Source: Verrucomicrobiota bacterium (lineage in GTDB: Bacteria; Verrucomicrobiota; Verrucomicrobiia; Limisphaerales; SXQI01). From it: DNA of 56,373 nucleotides. Numbering within the stretch: the first letter of the stretch is position 1; each line of letters begins with the position of its first letter. A program made the translations under genes and the position numbers. Positions 43,301 to 51,221 of this stretch are shown here, piece by piece. The notes under the pieces are model-generated. The model was not told the DNA's origin. It ran no database searches and saw only the letters and a program-made list of their open reading frames with translations. The stretch is taken from the NCBI GenBank assembly GCA_033762115.1, contig JANRLX010000039.1, positions 1-56,373 on the forward strand. The letters are read 5' to 3'.

Positions 43301-43629
43301 ACCGAAGCTTCATACTTGAATGGAAATTTTTCACTGCCGGGCTCCAGGAAAAAATCAAAGGGATTGTAAACGGCCATTTCGGCAACGAGATCGACTTCCA
43401 CCAGAAATTCGCGGACCTTTTGCGGAATGACAACCCTTGCAAGATAATTACCCAGGGGGTCCTGCTGCCAGTTAATGAAATGGTCCTTCGGCAATATCCG
43501 GATGGAATAACTCAGGATGGGCGTTCGACAATGAGGGGCAGGTCGCAGGCGGATTACGTGCGGCGAGTGTGCAACCGGACGATCATACTGATAATGAGAC
43601 CGGTGATGAAGGGCCACATGGATTGCCAT
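40324..43629 (-). CDS. Transglutaminase domain fused to DUF2126 (putative COOH-NH2 amidoligase)
   Basis: GSCRDSAW, DLHAW, GFDPT; LTMGGEPTFVS, GQGKWYPGE.LPRW, VTPDPGVIEVN, GTGGGNH, GNTHRAEFCIDKLY, GLVELRAFEMPPH; start ATG 43629. Confidence 0.93.
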   Translation of the reverse strand: MAIHVALHHRSHYQYDRPVAHSPHVIRLRPAPHCRTPILSYSIRILPKDHFINWQQDPLGNYLARVVIPQKVREFLVEVDLVAEMAVYNPFDFFLEPGSEKFPFKYEASVEKQLAPFLEPTVPGPLLKEFLDLIPRSGESTINFLVDLNQRIASRIKYLIRLQPGVQTAEETLSCLSGSCRDSAWLLVQVCRSLGIAARFVSGYLIQLAPDVKSLDGPSGTSHDFTDLHAWCEMYLPGAGWIGFDPTSGLLAGEGHIPLACSAEPSDAAPITGTVDLCESTFQHEMGVQRIYESPRVTLPYSDAQWGEIESLAEKVDADLLTHDVRLTMGGEPTFVSIDDMDGEEWNFTAVSPNKRRLSVDLLKRLKTQFAPGGLLHFGQGKWYPGESLPRWALSCYWRKDGKPLWKKESLFASEEIDYGHSEKDALNFITHLCRTLQVKTRHILPAYEDAWYYLWRERRLPSNVDPLDSRLDDKEERARIAKIFSQGLGKVAGYVLPIQRQHGATGWVSSPWFLRTEHLFLLPGDSPIGLRLPLDSIPWVAKGDYPYVLPPDPFEALPPLPEFQRPHPTLPKAGANATAVSEPQERALAANQSADWIARTALCTEVRGGRLHVFMPPVSTTEDYFSLIAAVEETAAALDLPVVIEGSTPPFDHRLDVIKVTPDPGVIEVNLHPASSWKELVRNTTTLYEQARLSRLGTEKFMMDGRHVGTGGGNHLLIGGATPADSPILRRPDLLRSLLCFWQNHPSLSFLFSGLFIGPTSQHPRVDEARNDSLYELELAFRQVPEHGTIPHWLVDRLFRHLLVDVTGNTHRAEFCIDKLYSPDGPAGRLGLVELRAFEMPPHARMSLAQQLLLRAMIARFWKEPYVKPLVRWGTALHDRFMLPHFIEEDFRDVIEDLQQSGYDMKMEWFAPHLEFRFPLCGQIVSRGVKLEIRQALEPWNVLGEEGMVGGTTRYVDSSLDRLQVKVEGLTDTRHVLLCHGNRVPLHPTGKAGEFVAGVRYRAWQPAHCLHPTIRVHAPLVFDLVDTWNSRSLAGCAYHVAHPGGRNHSTFPVNAYEAESRRLSRFFVTRHTAGPIKVPSPVQNSEFPLTLDLRGASLPA

Positions 43630-43633
43630 AATT

Positions 43634-44620
43634 CTATTGGGATTGGGACATGGCGATGCTGTAACCGGGACGGGCATTCTTCACGGCGAAGAAGGTTTCA
43701 TGAATCCCTGTCCCAAGATGGTTGATCTTGATCTGAAGTTGATCGAGGTATTCGTGAAGCCCGGAGGCAATGACATCATCGACAGATGCGTAGGAAAGCT
43801 CCGAGCAGAGCTGCCCCAGAAGCTTTTCGGGCACATTCTTGAACATTCCTATTGCAGTGCCCGAAATGGCATGCAGCGATTCACGCGCTGTGATCAGGCA
43901 GGAATGAATCGCACGGGGGAACAAGCGATTCAGCAATAAATAATCGACGACTCCACGCGGCGTGATCCGCCCGCGGTCTTTACGATACATTTCAAAAGCG
44001 CTGGTCGAACGCAACACTGCAGCCCATTGCACATCGTCCCAGGCGGTGCCGACATCCTGCACCGAACGGAGGAGAATAAAATATTTCACGTCAAGAATGC
44101 GAGATGTCTTGTCCGCCCGTTCCAGTTCCCGGCCGAATCGTGAGAAATGCCAGGCCTCACCATGGGTCATTGTCGAATCCTGCACCCCAATGAACAAATG
44201 GCTGGAGAGCTTGACTTCGCTATAAAAATCCTGGAGCTGGTTCAGGTCAAGGGTCTGGCCAGCAGCCGAATTGACCATCAGGTAAAACTTGTTCAACTGA
44301 AGCCACATTTCAGAAGAAATAATTTCCCGAACACTCCGGGCATTTCTCCGTGCAGCACGCAGGCAGGAAAGGATGGAATTGGGATTCTCCTCATCAAATG
44401 TCAAAAACTTGATTACATTCTCCTGGGTAGGTTCTCCGTACCTTTTGGCAAAAAGCTCTTCATCGCCAGTGATACTGATCAATGGTTGCCACTGGGGGCC
44501 CGCCGGGTCTGGCGTGTCCAGCATCAGGGTCATATTGACATCCACGAAACGCGCCACGTTTTCGGCACGTTCCACGTAGCGACCCATCCAGTAAATTGAA
44601 TCAGCGACCCGGCTTAACAT
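43634..44620 (-). CDS. Alpha-E domain protein
   Basis: MLSRVADSIYWMGRYVERAEN.AR, ENAR.VRE.IS.EMW, GRELERADKTSRILDVKY, FPR.I. Confidence 0.93.
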   Translation of the reverse strand: MLSRVADSIYWMGRYVERAENVARFVDVNMTLMLDTPDPAGPQWQPLISITGDEELFAKRYGEPTQENVIKFLTFDEENPNSILSCLRAARRNARSVREIISSEMWLQLNKFYLMVNSAAGQTLDLNQLQDFYSEVKLSSHLFIGVQDSTMTHGEAWHFSRFGRELERADKTSRILDVKYFILLRSVQDVGTAWDDVQWAAVLRSTSAFEMYRKDRGRITPRGVVDYLLLNRLFPRAIHSCLITARESLHAISGTAIGMFKNVPEKLLGQLCSELSYASVDDVIASGLHEYLDQLQIKINHLGTGIHETFFAVKNARPGYSIAMSQSQ

Positions 44621-46116
44621 GCAGCAGCAGATTTCTGTTCCGAGTGCTCAGTAACATCGGTCTCCTCGATATCGTTTCCGGCAATGACCCAGGTATCCTT
44701 GGTTCCCCCACCCTGCGATGAATTCACCACCAAAGAACCTTTCTTCAACGCCACACGGGTTAACCCGCCGGGCAGGACGAAGATTTCTTTCCCGTAAAGA
44801 ATATAGGGCCTGAAATCCACATGCCTCCCTTCCAGATGTTCATTGACCACGGTGGGAACACGGGACAAGGAAAGGGTCGGTTGCGCGATGTAGTTTCGAG
44901 GGTCGGCCTTGAGCTTGGCTGCAAACTCTTTTTTTTGTGCTTCCGTGGCGTGTGGCCCGATAAGCATGCCATACCCTCCTGATTCATTGGCTGCCTTGAC
45001 CACCAGTTCCCCCAAATGATCGAGCACATAGCTTAATTCCCTGGAATCTGAACAGATATAGGTCGGCACGTTTGGCAGGATCGCTTCCTGTCCAAGATAA
45101 TATTTGATGACTTTGGGAATGTAGGCATAGACGACCTTGTCATCGGCCACACCTGTACCAGGAGCGTTCGCCAGGGCCACGTTCCCGGCTTTGTAAACTT
45201 CCATTAATCCCGGCACTCCGAGCATCGAGTCCTTTCGGAATGCCAGCGGGTCCATGAAATCATCATCCACGCGGCGATAGATCACATCAACGCGCTCAAA
45301 TCCACGGGTGGTCCGCATCCAGACAAACCCGTCCGAGACGACGAGATCACTCCCTTCGACCAGTTCCACGCCCATTTGCTGGGCAAGGAAGGAGTGCTCG
45401 AAGTAAGCCGAATTGTAAACACCCGGCGTCAGCACCACAATGTGAGGCGGTTCGCCGCCCTCACGCGCGAGGAATTCCAACATGTCCCTCAGGCGAAGGG
45501 GATAATTCGAAACGGGCCTTATCCGGGAGGCGGCAAACACCTGCGGAAAAAGGCTTTTCATCAGGTGACGGTTTTCCAGCACATAAGAGACACCGGAGGG
45601 GCAACGCAGGTTATCCTCCAGAACGTAAATTGTCCCATCGCGATGCCGCACCAGGTCAGTGCCTGTGATATGGCACCAAATTCCCCGTGGGGGCTTCAGC
45701 CCGATGCACTGTTTTCTAAAACCTTTGGAAGATTCAATGACCTCACGGGGGACGACTTTGTCCTTAATGATTTTTTGCTCGTGATAGAGATCATCGATAA
45801 AGAGATTTAACGCCTGAATCCGCTGTTTTAACCCGCGCTCGAAGCGGTCCCATTCAGAACCTGAAATAATCCTCGGGACCAGATCAAAAGGAAGGGTTTT
45901 TTCCACACCTTCACTCTGGCCATAAACGTTGAAGGTAATACCCATCTGGATGAGAGCGCGATCGGCAGCAGCCTGGCGGTTAAACAATTCTCCATCCGGG
46001 AGTTTCTCGATATTCCGCACGAGGTGCCTGGCTGCTGAGCGGGGCCTGCCACCTTCATTAAAAATCTCGTCGAAACAGCCGTCCAGCTGATATCCGTTGA
46101 AGTTCATGCGATCCAA
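44614..46116 (-). CDS. Circularly permuted type 2 ATP-grasp protein
   Basis: GITFNVY, PFDLVPRII, VLEDNLRCPSGVSY.LENR, LTPG.YNSAYFEH, YRRVDDDF.DP, NAPGTGVADDK, SGGYGM, VVNSSQGGGTKDTWV; start TTG 46116 or ATG 46107. Confidence 0.95.
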   Translation of the reverse strand: MDRMNFNGYQLDGCFDEIFNEGGRPRSAARHLVRNIEKLPDGELFNRQAAADRALIQMGITFNVYGQSEGVEKTLPFDLVPRIISGSEWDRFERGLKQRIQALNLFIDDLYHEQKIIKDKVVPREVIESSKGFRKQCIGLKPPRGIWCHITGTDLVRHRDGTIYVLEDNLRCPSGVSYVLENRHLMKSLFPQVFAASRIRPVSNYPLRLRDMLEFLAREGGEPPHIVVLTPGVYNSAYFEHSFLAQQMGVELVEGSDLVVSDGFVWMRTTRGFERVDVIYRRVDDDFMDPLAFRKDSMLGVPGLMEVYKAGNVALANAPGTGVADDKVVYAYIPKVIKYYLGQEAILPNVPTYICSDSRELSYVLDHLGELVVKAANESGGYGMLIGPHATEAQKKEFAAKLKADPRNYIAQPTLSLSRVPTVVNEHLEGRHVDFRPYILYGKEIFVLPGGLTRVALKKGSLVVNSSQGGGTKDTWVIAGNDIEETDVTEHSEQKSAAAC

Positions 46117-46127
46117 AATGCTGCTTG

Positions 46128-46143
46128 AGCACCGGACGTGCCA
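46128..46143 (-). promoter_or_regulatory. Sigma-54 (-24/-12) promoter for the ATP-grasp/transglutaminase operon
   Basis: Minus strand reads TGGCACG-TCCG-GTGCT, i.e. GG-N10-GC, near consensus TGGCACG-N4-TTGCW, immediately upstream of the first gene. Confidence 0.7.
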
Positions 46144-46357
46144 TCAGGTTAAGGAGAGAACCGGATTCATGAATTCAGTAATAATATTCAAGTTTAGCCT
46201 CCTCCTCTGCTGTCCGACCCCCTGAAAAGGAAGCCCCTTGGGTCTTTAAGATGGCTCAAATTTACTGGGAAGGTTAAAAAACGCCACCTCTATCGCATTC
46301 AAAGCTCGAATCTTCCTTGCGTCCGCCACGCACTCTTAACACCCTAGCTCCTTCAAT

Positions 46358-48586
46358 ATGGCTGAGAAAACGTACAAACATGTAAGTAATCTTTGGAATG
46401 ACGCGGAGGTTGCGCAACTGGATCCGGTGGGTCGATTGATTTATCGTTCAAACAAATTGGGAAGCGACCAACGGATCACCAATACCGGAGGTGGCAACAC
46501 GTCAGCCAAGATTTCCGAGAAAGACCCCTTAACGGGTGAAAACGTCGAAGTTCTCTGGGTCAAGGGATCCGGGGGCGACCTGCGAACGGCCACAAAAGAA
46601 AATTTTTCCTCCCTCTACCAGGACAAGTTAATCGGCCTGCAAAAAACGTATGCAGCCATGCCGGAGAAGGGGCCCAAATCAGCAGCGGAAGATAAAATGG
46701 TGGGAATGTACAATCACACCAATTTCAACCTGAACAGCCGCGCCTCTTCCATCGATACACCGTTGCATTCCTTTGTTCCCTACAAACACGTTGACCATAC
46801 CCATCCCAACGCAGCGATTTCCGTGGCTGCTTCCGCCAATTCAGTTCAACTCACACGGGAGATTTATGGGAATGAAGTGATCCATACCCCCTGGTTGCGC
46901 CCCGGATTCGAGCTGGGTCTGGAGATGCAGAAAATCTGCAAGGAAAATCCCCAGGCCAAAGGGATCATGATGGGTCAGCACGGGCTGATTAATTGGGCGA
47001 ATGATGACAAGGAATGCTATTTCCGATCCCTTGACCTTATTGAGCGCGCGGCCGAGTTTATTGAACAAAAATATATTTCCAAGGGAGGCGATGCGGCCGC
47101 TTTCGGGGGAGCACTTCATCAATCATTTCCTTCAGAAGTGCGACAAAAGATTTTTGCTCGCATCCTTCCATGGCTCCGTGGGAAGGTTTCTTCTCACAAG
47201 CGGTTTATCGCCACGATTCAGGATGATGATAAAGTCCTGCGTTTTGTAAACAGCAGGGATGCTTCGCGTCTTGCTGAACTGGGCACATCCTGCCCCGATC
47301 ATTTTTTGCGCACCAAGATCAAGCCGCTTTACCTGAATTTCTCACCCAGTAATGAAAAGGAGTTTTCGGAGGCATGGCTGGAGAAATTCATTGCAACTCT
47401 CAAGCAGGAATTCGATCGGGGCCTTGAGAAATACAAAGGCGATTACAGCGATTACTACAATCGTTGTAAACGCCCCAATTCACCGGCCATGCGTGACCCG
47501 AATCCCACAGTGATCCTTGTTCCGGGGCTTGGGATGATTGCCTGGGGCAAGGACAAGAGCGAATCCCGTGTCACGGCTGAGTTTTACAATTGTGCAATTG
47601 AGGTCATGCGCGGGGCGGAAGCCATTGACAAATATATTTCACTGCCTCAGCAGGAGGCCTTTGATATTGAGTATTGGCTTTTGGAAGAAGCAAAATTGCA
47701 GCGAATGCCCGCTGAAAAGGAACTGGCACGCCAGATCGTTGTGGTCATTGGAGCAGGATCAGGGATCGGGAAGGAAGTGGCTCATCGATTGGTCAAAGAG
47801 GGTGCGCATATTGTTTGTGTGGATTTAAACCTGGAGGCGGCCAAAACCACAGCCAATGAAATCATTGCAAAATATGGTCTTGGAATTGGAGTTGCTGGCA
47901 GTGGGATCTCCAATTGCGGGCCGGCAGTAGGACTGGCCTGTAATATCACGGATCGGGGGAGCATTAAAACAATGCTCGAGCAGGTTGCGCTGGCATATGG
48001 CGGTTTTGATTCCATCATTGTCACCGCTGGGTATTTTTGCCCACCGGATAAAACGGGCCATATTCCTGATGACAAATGGGCTGCAACCTTCAGCATCAAT
48101 GTGACGGGAAGCTATCTCGTGGCCGATGAAGCAGCAAAAATCTGGCAGGAGCAAGGTCTTAGCGGAAACCTGGTGTTAACAACAAGTGCCAATGCAGTCG
48201 TTTCGAAAAAAGGTTCTGTCGCATATGACACGTCCAAAGCAGCAGCCAACCATCTTGTTCGTGAACTGGCCATTGAACTGGCTCCTTTGGTGCGCGTGAA
48301 TGCCGTCGCTCCAGCAACAGTTGTGCAAGGCAGCGCCATGTTTCCGCGGGATCGGGTTATCGCAAGCCTGGCAAAATATAATATTCCGTTCACCGAGGAT
48401 GAATCCACGGATTCTTTAACCACCAAACTGGCACGATTTTATGCCGACCGGACATTGACCAAAAGTCCGATCACACCAGCCGACCAGGCGGAAGCCTTTT
48501 ATCTGCTTGTCACGAAAAGGTTGAGCAAAACGACCGGCCAGGTGATCCCGGTTGATGGTGGCCTGCACGAAGCCTTTTTACGCTGA
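46358..48586 (+). CDS. Bifunctional rhamnulose-1-phosphate aldolase / short-chain dehydrogenase (RhaEW-like)
   Basis: GGGNTSAK, WVKGSGGDL, SIDTPLH, HVDHTHP, GTSCPDHFLRTK, FDIEYWLLEEAKL, then SDR GAGSGIG, YDTSK. Confidence 0.93.
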   Translation: MAEKTYKHVSNLWNDAEVAQLDPVGRLIYRSNKLGSDQRITNTGGGNTSAKISEKDPLTGENVEVLWVKGSGGDLRTATKENFSSLYQDKLIGLQKTYAAMPEKGPKSAAEDKMVGMYNHTNFNLNSRASSIDTPLHSFVPYKHVDHTHPNAAISVAASANSVQLTREIYGNEVIHTPWLRPGFELGLEMQKICKENPQAKGIMMGQHGLINWANDDKECYFRSLDLIERAAEFIEQKYISKGGDAAAFGGALHQSFPSEVRQKIFARILPWLRGKVSSHKRFIATIQDDDKVLRFVNSRDASRLAELGTSCPDHFLRTKIKPLYLNFSPSNEKEFSEAWLEKFIATLKQEFDRGLEKYKGDYSDYYNRCKRPNSPAMRDPNPTVILVPGLGMIAWGKDKSESRVTAEFYNCAIEVMRGAEAIDKYISLPQQEAFDIEYWLLEEAKLQRMPAEKELARQIVVVIGAGSGIGKEVAHRLVKEGAHIVCVDLNLEAAKTTANEIIAKYGLGIGVAGSGISNCGPAVGLACNITDRGSIKTMLEQVALAYGGFDSIIVTAGYFCPPDKTGHIPDDKWAATFSINVTGSYLVADEAAKIWQEQGLSGNLVLTTSANAVVSKKGSVAYDTSKAAANHLVRELAIELAPLVRVNAVAPATVVQGSAMFPRDRVIASLAKYNIPFTEDESTDSLTTKLARFYADRTLTKSPITPADQAEAFYLLVTKRLSKTTGQVIPVDGGLHEAFLR

Positions 48587-48990
48587 TGAATTACTGGCTG
48601 ATCAAACAGGAACCGGAAGCCTACTCATGGGCGGATTTCGTTCAGGACGGGAAAACCGAATGGACAGGCGTGCGCAATTTTCAGGCGCGCAACAATCTCC
48701 GCTCCATGAAAAAGGGGGACACGGTTTTTTTCTATCACAGTGTCACTGGCAAGCAGATCATGGGGATGGCGACGATCTCCCGGGAATCTTTTCCTGATCC
48801 TACCGCGAAGGAGGGAGATTGGTCAGCAGTGGAATTGAAACCGTTGAAGCCGTTGAAAAATCCCGTTTCCCTGGAAACAATCAAAGCTGATCCCATCCTT
48901 GGCCAAATGGTGCTGGTGAAAAATTCCCGTCTTTCGGTTCAGCCGGTGACAAAAGCGGAATACGACCGGATTATTTCACTTTCAAAATAA
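48586..48990 (+). CDS. EVE domain protein (PUA-like)
   Basis: YWLIKQEP, WTGVRNFQARN, GD..FFYHS, RLSVQPV. Confidence 0.94.
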   Translation: MNYWLIKQEPEAYSWADFVQDGKTEWTGVRNFQARNNLRSMKKGDTVFFYHSVTGKQIMGMATISRESFPDPTAKEGDWSAVELKPLKPLKNPVSLETIKADPILGQMVLVKNSRLSVQPVTKAEYDRIISLSK

Positions 48991-48992
48991 TG

Positions 48993-50438
48993 TTAATTCG
49001 GAGCCAGGGAACGGCAAGCTCGAAAGGTCAGAAGGAAAAAACAGATCAGGCACACCCAGGTTGCGGCCATGGCAATTTTTTTATTTTTGTTTTGGGCATC
49101 CAGTGCTTCCTCAACACCCATGATTCCCACTACCAACCCAAAAGCGCTCGAAATCAATGAAAGGGGCCAGTTGATCCAGTAACTAATTACCGAAATGATC
49201 GCAAGGATGACTGAGCCAATCGTATAATAACCCGGACGCGAGCCGAGGACAACTTTAGGCGTATAAGTTGCAGACGGAGAATTGCTTGAGACATGCGCCG
49301 GGATGGGCGGTGCAGTATGACTTACTGGCGCGGGATGGTCAGTGCGCCGCGTCCTGGGTGGAGCGATTTTCTTCAAATGCGTTCCAGTCTGGACTGCTTC
49401 AACACTTGGAAATGGGTCGCGTCCTCCCAAAAGCTGTGCCCGTTCGCACCATGGGCATTGCTCCAACAGGCTGTTGTAAACATGCTGCATGTTGGCCCAG
49501 CAACTGACGAGCCCAAGCTCAGCCTCCTCCAGGCCGTACTGCCAGCTTTGCGCATCGGGGCGTTGTTCCGGCCGGGCATGACCATCGACAAAACAACGCT
49601 GGAACAAGTGTTGGAGCGTGCGATGAAGAATATGAAACGGTGGGGCAGTGGGTTTGGGATGATATGGAATCCTGGAATCACCAGCGTACGGATAATGCCC
49701 AGCCGAAATTCGAGCTTCATAAGGAGGCGGTTCCCCCACGCCGGTATAATGACCAGCGAAAGGATGAGTCCCCTCCATCAATAATTGATGGATCAAAATG
49801 GCCAAACCGAACCGGTCCTGGGCAGGAGTACGGGTAAAATTCGCAAATGTTTTGCCCTGCATTTCCGGCGGCGTTAATTCAGGTTTACCCACACGGCATC
49901 GGAAGATGTGGTTATTATTTCGATCAATGACCTGAAACGAGTCCGTGTCCACGATGGTGGCGAGGGAGGTTTCAGAAACCATCACGTTCGATTCATTTAA
50001 ATCTCCTATGACATACCCTCGTTCATGAAGTGCCCGGATCGCTGTAGCCATGTTGCGGGCTGTGCGATGCAGGTAAAACCAGTTAAACAAGGGACAATGC
50101 TCCCGGCGGGTCTTGGGATTAAAAAAATCAAACAATGGCCGCATTCCACCCACAAAGGGCATGAGAAAACCGACTGCTCTTTTTCCTTTCGCAGCATCGA
50201 CCAGCAGGTCAATGGGCCAGGCGATTGAAACGTGCTGGCCGGCCATTGGATCCACAGGAGGATTTGCAATCATCAGGCGCACTTTTTCACCCCTTTCAGG
50301 AGTGGGTTTGTGCCAAAGCTTGGCAACCAGGTGCGGATGATTGGGAATTTTGTAAATGCGCGCTTCCCCCCCTGCACCAAGCAGGTTCGGCTCTGCCAGG
50401 GTTATTGTTTCGCCATTTGATAATCGGAAGGTGCGCAC
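48993..50438 (-). CDS. YegI-like Ser/Thr kinase with Zn-ribbon and C-terminal TM helices (TerY-P triad)
   Basis: LGAGGEA, VAK, IAWP, GFLMP, HERGYVIGDLNESN, VDTDSFQ, TPPE, DRFGLA, G.HPF; C..N.H...CPWC; Pro-rich linker; about 3 TM. Confidence 0.88.
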   Translation of the reverse strand: MRTFRLSNGETITLAEPNLLGAGGEARIYKIPNHPHLVAKLWHKPTPERGEKVRLMIANPPVDPMAGQHVSIAWPIDLLVDAAKGKRAVGFLMPFVGGMRPLFDFFNPKTRREHCPLFNWFYLHRTARNMATAIRALHERGYVIGDLNESNVMVSETSLATIVDTDSFQVIDRNNNHIFRCRVGKPELTPPEMQGKTFANFTRTPAQDRFGLAILIHQLLMEGTHPFAGHYTGVGEPPPYEARISAGHYPYAGDSRIPYHPKPTAPPFHILHRTLQHLFQRCFVDGHARPEQRPDAQSWQYGLEEAELGLVSCWANMQHVYNSLLEQCPWCERAQLLGGRDPFPSVEAVQTGTHLKKIAPPRTRRTDHPAPVSHTAPPIPAHVSSNSPSATYTPKVVLGSRPGYYTIGSVILAIISVISYWINWPLSLISSAFGLVVGIMGVEEALDAQNKNKKIAMAATWVCLICFFLLTFRACRSLAPN

Positions 50439-50440
50439 AA

Positions 50441-51214
50441 TCAGCTCCCCTCCAATGGCCTTCCCAGGACGGCAAGGAACAGGGTAAGGTCATCATCGGT
50501 CCTGGCGCTTATTTTATCCGAGCTGAGGAAATTCTGGAGATCGCGTTTTGCAGATTCTATGTCACCAACAGCAGCCAAAAAATTGAACAATGGAATAAAG
50601 AATGGCAGATGCGGCTTCCCCTCTTTCATTTTCAAGCCCAGCATCTGAAGCCCATCCGAGAAAGCAGCCACCTTTCGCACATCTTTTTTAATATACTTGA
50701 AACTGATCAGTTCCAGAGCCCGCTCTGCCGTGAGAAAATTTGTTTCATTAATATATTCCCCTGAACTTGGAGGAATTAGACATTCCCCTGTGCCTTCTGC
50801 GTCCAAATAAATGATGGCGCCGTCTCCAACCTGCGCCCCGGTGATAAAATCCAGTCCGCACACTCCCACCATCAGAGTACAGGCATATTCTCGCAACAGA
50901 CCGCCTTTGGATTCAGCCTCGGTAATCATTCGATCCCTCGCGGTGGTGACCGCATCCATGATCGTTTTTCGCCATGCTTCTTCATCCCTCTGAGTGGAGG
51001 GAATCGTCCGCGCCACAGCTTCGCAGGCGGTGCTGGCTGCGATTTTTGCCCCCACTTCCCCCATGGATGCTGACCCTGCCCCATCTGCAACGACGAAAAT
51101 CAATATCCCTTCAAGCACTGTGAAGGCATGAGCATCCTGGCAAGGTTCGTTCCTTTTTGCGTGGCTTTTCCCCTGGACAGAGCAGGCAAATGCCCGCCAT
51201 TCCTTAGGCTTCAT
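50441..51214 (-). CDS. PP2C-family Ser/Thr phosphatase (YegK/PphC-like)
   Basis: SVQGKSH, CQDA, VADGAGSA, QVGDG, GEYINET.F, SDGLQ, RTDDDLT; start ATG 51214. Confidence 0.9.
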   Translation of the reverse strand: MKPKEWRAFACSVQGKSHAKRNEPCQDAHAFTVLEGILIFVVADGAGSASMGEVGAKIAASTACEAVARTIPSTQRDEEAWRKTIMDAVTTARDRMITEAESKGGLLREYACTLMVGVCGLDFITGAQVGDGAIIYLDAEGTGECLIPPSSGEYINETNFLTAERALELISFKYIKKDVRKVAAFSDGLQMLGLKMKEGKPHLPFFIPLFNFLAAVGDIESAKRDLQNFLSSDKISARTDDDLTLFLAVLGRPLEGS

Positions 51215-51221
51215 TGCTGCC

